Below, piece by piece: positions 57,506-64,000 of a DNA stretch of 64,000 nucleotides. Source of the DNA: Octopus vulgaris (lineage: Eukaryota). The stretch's first letter is position 1; each line of letters begins with the position of its first letter. The DNA lies in assembly GCA_951406725.2 (NCBI GenBank), contig OX597831.1, positions 81,716,001 through 81,780,000 of the forward strand, given 5' to 3'. The position numbers and the translations under genes are program-made. Below the pieces are notes generated by a model. The model saw only the letters and a list, made by a program, of their open reading frames with translations, ran no database searches and was not told where the DNA came from.

Positions 57506-57573
57506 CCTGGACCATGGTTTCTGACTTCTATAGCAAATAAAATAATTTGCTAGGCGAAGTCTTCATCAACAGG
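57506..57573 (-). ncRNA. Hammerhead motif with long stem II (C3U)
   Basis: Minus strand: CCTG TTGATGA a GACTTC gcc TAGCAAAT tatttt ATTTGCTA ta GAAGTC a GAAAC CATG GTC CAGG. Confidence 0.78.
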
Positions 57574-57802
57574 TACGCCTACATTAAACATAGAAGCACG
57601 TTATTTTTTGTATAGAAGACAGTCGAGCTCAAAAGATTCAAACTTGAACTTTGATGTCTTTACAGGGGGTCAATTCAATGAGGTAAAGAGGGGCTATAAA
57701 AGGGATCGGGTTGAGAAGGTATAGAAACAAATATGTGCGTTAAGAAATTAGAACCATCAAATATATTAAATATATTCCGTTCAAAATATGTATGGACACT
57801 TT

Positions 57803-58187
57803 CAGATGATGAAATTTTAAGTATAAATATATAAATAATCATATTAATAGGTCCAACTTATACAGAGTACAAACGGCAGAGAAAATTAAAAGGATGTAAG
57901 AAAGGTGTAATAAGTACAACAGCTGTTTCTGGGAGTTCGGTGATCCATAATAATGTTGGTAGATTTAGTTCATCACAATATGCAGCCGTAAAGATGCGGT
58001 CAGCATTGGATAAGACGAGCCTCCGTCATCAGGGTTAGATCTTCTCTACACACGGATTCCCTCATGTAAAGGTAGATATATCGCACCTTCCATCCACCCC
58101 TCTAATTTTCTCTGCTGTTTGTACTCTGTGTAAGTTCGACCTATCAATATAAATATTTATAGATTTATACTAAAAATCCATCATCTG
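57803..58187. mobile_element. Foldback element: ~110-bp inverted arms enclosing a hammerhead motif
   Basis: 57803..57912 matches the reverse complement of 58079..58187. Minus-strand CTGATGA (58032..58026) ... GAAAC AGCT GTT (57929..57918). Confidence 0.8.
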
Positions 58188-58218
58188 CAATCCTGTATTG
58201 CTTGCTTTCTCTCGTTAT

Positions 58219-58316
58219 GAATTTGATACATCTAATATATTTGATGTCGCTTATTGTGCATACGCACAATTGCCTCTCTCTCTCTCTTTCTCTCTCTCTC
58301 TTTTTCTCTCTCTTTT

Positions 58317-58365
<49 letters not shown>

Positions 58366-58367
58366 TG

Positions 58368-58423
<56 letters not shown>

Positions 58424-58482
58424 GAGGCAATTGTGTGGATAAACAAATTAGACACATCAAATATATTAGATTTATCAAATTC
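58219..58482. repeat. ~59-bp inverted repeat with a microsatellite spacer
   Basis: 58219..58277 matches the reverse complement of 58423..58482. Confidence 0.85.
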
Positions 58483-58483
58483 G

Positions 58484-58560
<77 letters not shown>

Positions 58561-58583
58561 CGTATATGTACATACATCTATAC

Positions 58584-58696
<113 letters not shown>

Positions 58697-58792
58697 TACC
58701 AAGGCAAGGCAAGACAATGTACGTGATAACACTTTCAATCAGTTAAGATCAAAAGCCATGAGAGCCACTGCCTGGAACTGCATCGGGGCATT

Positions 58793-58921
58793 TCCTTCGA
58801 CGTCGGCTCTTCCTATCATTGCGAAGCACAATTCGCAAAGCGTTGGATTGCTCACGCACTTACATGGAACGTGAGCTGGGATTAGACCGCCGTGACACAG
58901 GTTAGTTTTATCCTACCGATG
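58793..58921 (+). rRNA. 28S rRNA domain V fragment (pseudogene)
   Basis: TCCTTCGACGTCGGCTCTTCCTATCATTG...GGAACGTGAGCTGGGATTAGACCGCCGTGACACAGGTTAGTTTTATCCTAC matches the conserved eukaryotic LSU peptidyl-transferase region with scattered substitutions. Confidence 0.9.
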
Positions 58922-59034
58922 CATCGCACGAACTTGGCGCCCCGAATCGTCGTGGGTGCAGTGCACGGCGGCAGCAGTGGAGCGCTAACGCATCGTCCGT
59001 CGCAGCCGCTAACACTTGTGCCGGCATTGTCAAC

Positions 59035-59124
<90 letters not shown>

Positions 59125-59670
59125 GCTATTTTCTTACCTTTTTTTTAAATACTTTTCTTGTTTTTAACATTTTCTGTCCGTTTTATTCTTATGTATTTAT
59201 TTACTCATGTATTTATTCAATCAAAGCTCGATCACTGGGCAATATACATTCATGATTGCTTAAGATAATCCGCTTATAAGAAATTTAACGAAAAAAAAAA
59301 AAAAAAAAAAATGCCACAGAGATTCACAAAAATGCACAAAACACATTTAAAACAGAAAATAAGGAAAACAGGAAGATAGTTTTGTTTTTTTTTAAACATA
59401 TATATTTTCTTTATTTCTTTTTGTTTGTGTTTACTGTTTTCCCTTATTTCTAAATTTGCAAGTTTACTGATCGTGACACAGGCAGCTTCTGTGAGAATAC
59501 ATTTTGCTCATCCGATCGCTAGTATCATTTGACGGCCTTTCTACACAGCTAATAAATGTGTATACAAACGGACATTAACGATTTAATTGTCCATTCGTTG
59601 ATGGCTAAAATCACTCCTGCAAACATCAACTTCTAAACGATATTAACAGCTCCTCACTGTACAACAACAA

Positions 59671-59791
<121 letters not shown>

Positions 59792-60706
59792 TATATAAAG
59801 GTATACACACATAGAGGCACACGTGCACACATATGCACACAAACGCACACCTCGCGATTTGCAGAAAAACTGTTTCTTTATATATTGCTGGTTTGCGGAT
59901 CTTTATTTATTTAGGGGTGGAGTGTGGGTCCGATTTTCGATCGCATGTGTGTATGTGTAGGTGCACACGCGTGTGTGAATGTGTGTGTGACGTCTTTTTT
60001 CGAATATTTATGTTTTTTTAATTTCATTTCCTAATTTTATATCATTTTAAATATTAAAAAAAGAAAACTTCTCATACTCTTATGTTATAATATTTCTCTC
60101 CGCTAATGTGTCGCCTCCATATTAAAAAATGGCTGCTACACTCCTTTGGCTTGTTGTTGTTGTTGTTGTTACTAACTGTTCGTGTTGCTGTTGTTATTGT
60201 TATTCATAATGGGATTATTTTTCTTGTTACTGTTGTAAGAGCATAGCAACAACAACAAAAAACTACTACTAGTACTGCTACTACTGCTGCTGCTGCTACG
60301 AGTTCTTCAGTTGCATTTAAAGAAACAATATAGAAACAAACAAACATAAAAAATATGTGACAAGGATATAAAAATTTGAGAAAGCAAGATTTTTGCTTTG
60401 ATTCAAAAGAAAATAAAATAAAGAAGAAATGAAATTTAAAAAGATGAGAAGAGACAATAAAATGATTAGAAGTGTGTGTGTGTGTGTGAGTGTGTGTGTG
60501 TGTGTGTGTATGTGTGTGTGTGTGTATGTCTGTGTGTGTATGTATATATGGCATATATATATATATACATATCATACATATACATGTATGTTTGTAGGAA
60601 TATATATATTCTTATATGTGTATGTATATATGTTTATGTATATCTAAACATATACATATGTACAAATATAAACATATATATATATATATATATACAAATG
60701 TATATA

Positions 60707-60762
<56 letters not shown>

Positions 60763-60923
60763 AAATGGTGCGTGTATAAATATATATTAAATGTATTATA
60801 CATGAGTACGAGTGTGTTTATGTATATCATAAACTATATGAATGTGTGAGTGTGTGTATACACAGACACACATATAGGGGAAGAGAGACAGACAGACGGA
60901 CGGGCGGGCGGACAGAGAGCGAG

Positions 60924-60998
<75 letters not shown>

Positions 60999-61090
60999 CA
61001 GATACTCGCATACATACATGCATTAATAAACTTAGACATACACATTCACACATACACACGTACGTACATGCACACACGCAAGTTGTAAAC

Positions 61091-61103
61091 GAAGAAGAAG
61101 AAG

Positions 61104-61136
<33 letters not shown>

Positions 61137-61271
61137 ACGAAGAAGAAGAAGAAGAAGAAGTAAACGAAGAAGAAGAAGAAGAAGAAGAAGAAGAAGAAGA
61201 AGAAGAAGAAGAAGAAGAAGAAGAAGAAGAAGAAGAAGAAGAAGAAGAAGAAGAAGAAGAAGAAGAAGAAG

Positions 61272-61301
<30 letters not shown>
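61091..61301. repeat. (GAA)n microsatellite with repeated GTAAAC interruptions
   Basis: Seen directly. Confidence 0.95.
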
Positions 61302-61304
<3 letters not shown>

Positions 61305-62000
61305 AGAGTGTGTAAATAGCTAATACAATAAAAGTGAAGGAGTTGGACAGATATGAATAAAAGTGCTAATGGATTCGTAAAGAGATTTAACAATGGATGT
61401 TTTATATAAAACATACGTATAACCTACACATATACATACATGTATGAATGTGTGTGTGCTATGTGTTTGTGTGTACGTGTGTGTGTGCGCACTCTTGTAG
61501 AGAAAGATATATATATATATACACCCATATATATATACATGCATATAAATATATACATACATACTGACACAGGAATGGAAATTAGCTAAATACAGGATTT
61601 CAATGAAGTGTGTGTGTTCGTGTGTGTGATTGTCTTTTGATGTATGTGTATGTATATGTGTGTCTTTGCTCTTTGCCTTTATGTACGTAGCAATCAGTGT
61701 ATGTGTTTGTTTGTCTGTGTTTGTAAAGTGTGTATGTGTTTATGCGCGAGTGTTTACATGTGTTGATATGTTTACTCTGTGGCGGCCATCTTGTTCTTTT
61801 TAGTTTCTGTGTAAAATCTCGACTGAATCATGTTATGAAGGTTCTGGAGAGAATAATTGCGTTAGTGATGGCCTGACTTGAATCAGAATAGATTGTTTAA
61901 ATATAAGACAGACAAACAGACAGTGAGACAGACAGACAGACAGACAGGCAGACAGATAGATAGGCAGGCAGATAGGCAGATAGACAAACGGGCAGACGGA

Positions 62001-62122
<122 letters not shown>

Positions 62123-62240
62123 CTGATTGATGGACAAACAGACAGATATATGGATTGATTGATAGATGGAGAGACTGAGAGATTGATTGATGGATTGATA
62201 GAGAGACAGCGGAAGACGGATTTAGATTATAAAGACAAAG

Positions 62241-62307
<67 letters not shown>

Positions 62308-63569
62308 TGTGTGTCCATACATGAAATCGGGGATATTGCTGAAGACAATGAAGTAGGAGACAAAAGGAAGAGGGAGGATGAGGCATAGGGACTGTGGAGG
62401 AAGAGGAGGAAGATGGTGATGCTGCTTATGATGATGATGATGATGATGATGACGGAGATGTAGGAGGAGAACGGATAAATGAATGAGTCTAACGTTTGGT
62501 GGCCATCACCACTTAAGGATCTCTATCTAATCACAACCCTTACTGCCACCAAACCATCACCATTACCACCACCACAACCACCACCACCACCACCATCTCA
62601 TTCTAACACATTTGAACACCATCAACTGACCACCTTAACCAACCACCATCAACGCCTCTAAACTTCATCTCTAACCACCGCCACCACCACCACCACCACT
62701 ACCACCACCGCCCCGCCTACTCTAACCACCAGTTCATAGCACAAGCAATTCAGATTAAACCACCACTAAATACCATCTTCTCACTAAGCCGAGCTCCTAA
62801 CCACTAACCACTCACCAAGAACCACCCGACCCACCCACTCACACTGACAATCACCGTAGACAATGAATTCACGCGAGATCTCTATTGACACAATCAGTCA
62901 ATATCGGAGGCGGGGTAGGGGTAGGTCTACGAAATGTTGTTGACATTCGATAATCTAATTTGGAAAAATGATAAAGTAAATTTTTTTTTTAAATCACCAA
63001 AAAATAGAACAAAATAAGAGGTGTGGGGGGTGAGGGGAATTAAGTTAATAAATTTATCTTTGATGAATAATCTATTAATTTAATATGGTTGTTGTTGGTG
63101 CTGATGTTGTAGTTGTTGTGATTGATGTCATTCCTGCTGCTGCTGCTGCTGCTGTTGTTGCTTTTGTTGTTGTTGTTGTTTGAAAAGTATCTGATATTGG
63201 CGGGAATAGATTTAAACTATTTCCCAATTAACCATCTTCTTCTTCTTTTTCTCCTGCTTCTTCTTCTTCTTCTTCTTCTTCTTCTTCTTCTTCTTCTTCT
63301 TCTTCTTCTTCTTCTTCTTCTTCTTCTTCTTCTTCTTCTTCTTCTTCTTCTTCTTCTTCTTCTTCTTCTTCTTCTCCTGGTACCTCTTCGTAATGCGTTT
63401 TCCTTTTGAGGAAACTAAAAGGGGAAACTCATGTTAGCATAGGATCTTATAAACCTCTGCTGTTCCATAACCTCCTAAAATCTCAGATACAGAAGAATCT
63501 CCACCTGTCGTCCTAAAATATTACTCTTAATTCTAGTGGATTCAAAGCTAAGACTATGCTCCCAGCTAA

Positions 63570-64000
63570 GGCAAATCAAAATGAAACGCAAGAAAGTTGT
63601 TTGACTTAGCACCATGCTTTCACTCAATGTTAGGTCTAATATGGTAACATCTTGCTTTAATACATTGGCATTTCTCACAAGAACACAAATACAAGAACTT
63701 GTTCAATAGATATAGTGAAAATCGCCGACAGAGAAATATCTAACAAGAACTTAACTACCTCGTATTACTCACCCCTACCTTGGGGATGGATGCCCATGCA
63801 AGACGCCTACGGCGTGACTGCTGAACAGATCCTGTTGCAACACCGAGATCATCGTTTAGAAGACAGAAGTCAACTAGGTAGAACACCAACCTAACACGGT
63901 ATAACAGAGTGGCTAAAAGATCCTTCAAGAAACGACTACACAACCATACCACCTCATTCAGAAACATCAAAAAATGCCATATCAAAAAGTTCGAACACAC
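63570..64000 (+). pseudogene. Degraded Penelope-like fragment (linker + GIY-YIG), runs off the window
   Basis: KRKKVV*L..SLNVRSN, HFSQEHKYKNLFNR, TEIIV*KTEV, SFKKRLHNHTTSFRN. Confidence 0.7.

Noticed and set aside
58793-58921. Functional rDNA locus
   Set aside because: Only ~130 bp, substitutions at conserved positions, no flanking rDNA.

Overview
Animal genomic DNA saturated with microsatellites and transposable elements. I found no host protein-coding exon that I can support. The repeat and SINE landscape looks like a coleoid cephalopod, probably Octopus (inference, no search run). Almost all listed ORFs are microsatellite or satellite artefacts. The real coding remnants are: (i) three head-to-tail, 5'-truncated R4/Dong-type non-LTR elements with a restriction-like endonuclease (REL), stacked inside one (TAA)n array, plus older REL fragments; (ii) a full-length but decayed mellifera-type mariner; (iii) three Penelope-like elements (PLEs: one AT-rich with terminal inverted repeats, one GC-rich Neptune-type, one degraded); (iv) a Tx1/L1-type element inside a (TCTA)n array; (v) RTE and CR1/L2-like fragments. 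Also present are several tRNA-derived SINE families, MITEs and foldbacks, a 4.6-kb 14-bp satellite and a 28S rRNA fragment. The most interesting signal not shown by the ORF track is about a dozen type I hammerhead ribozyme motifs (CUGANGA...GAAAC-palindrome-GUH). Most lie in short non-coding PLE/retrozyme-like modules, several have unusually long stem II hairpins, and nearly all are on the minus strand. Different retroelement classes also appear to occupy different microsatellite types.
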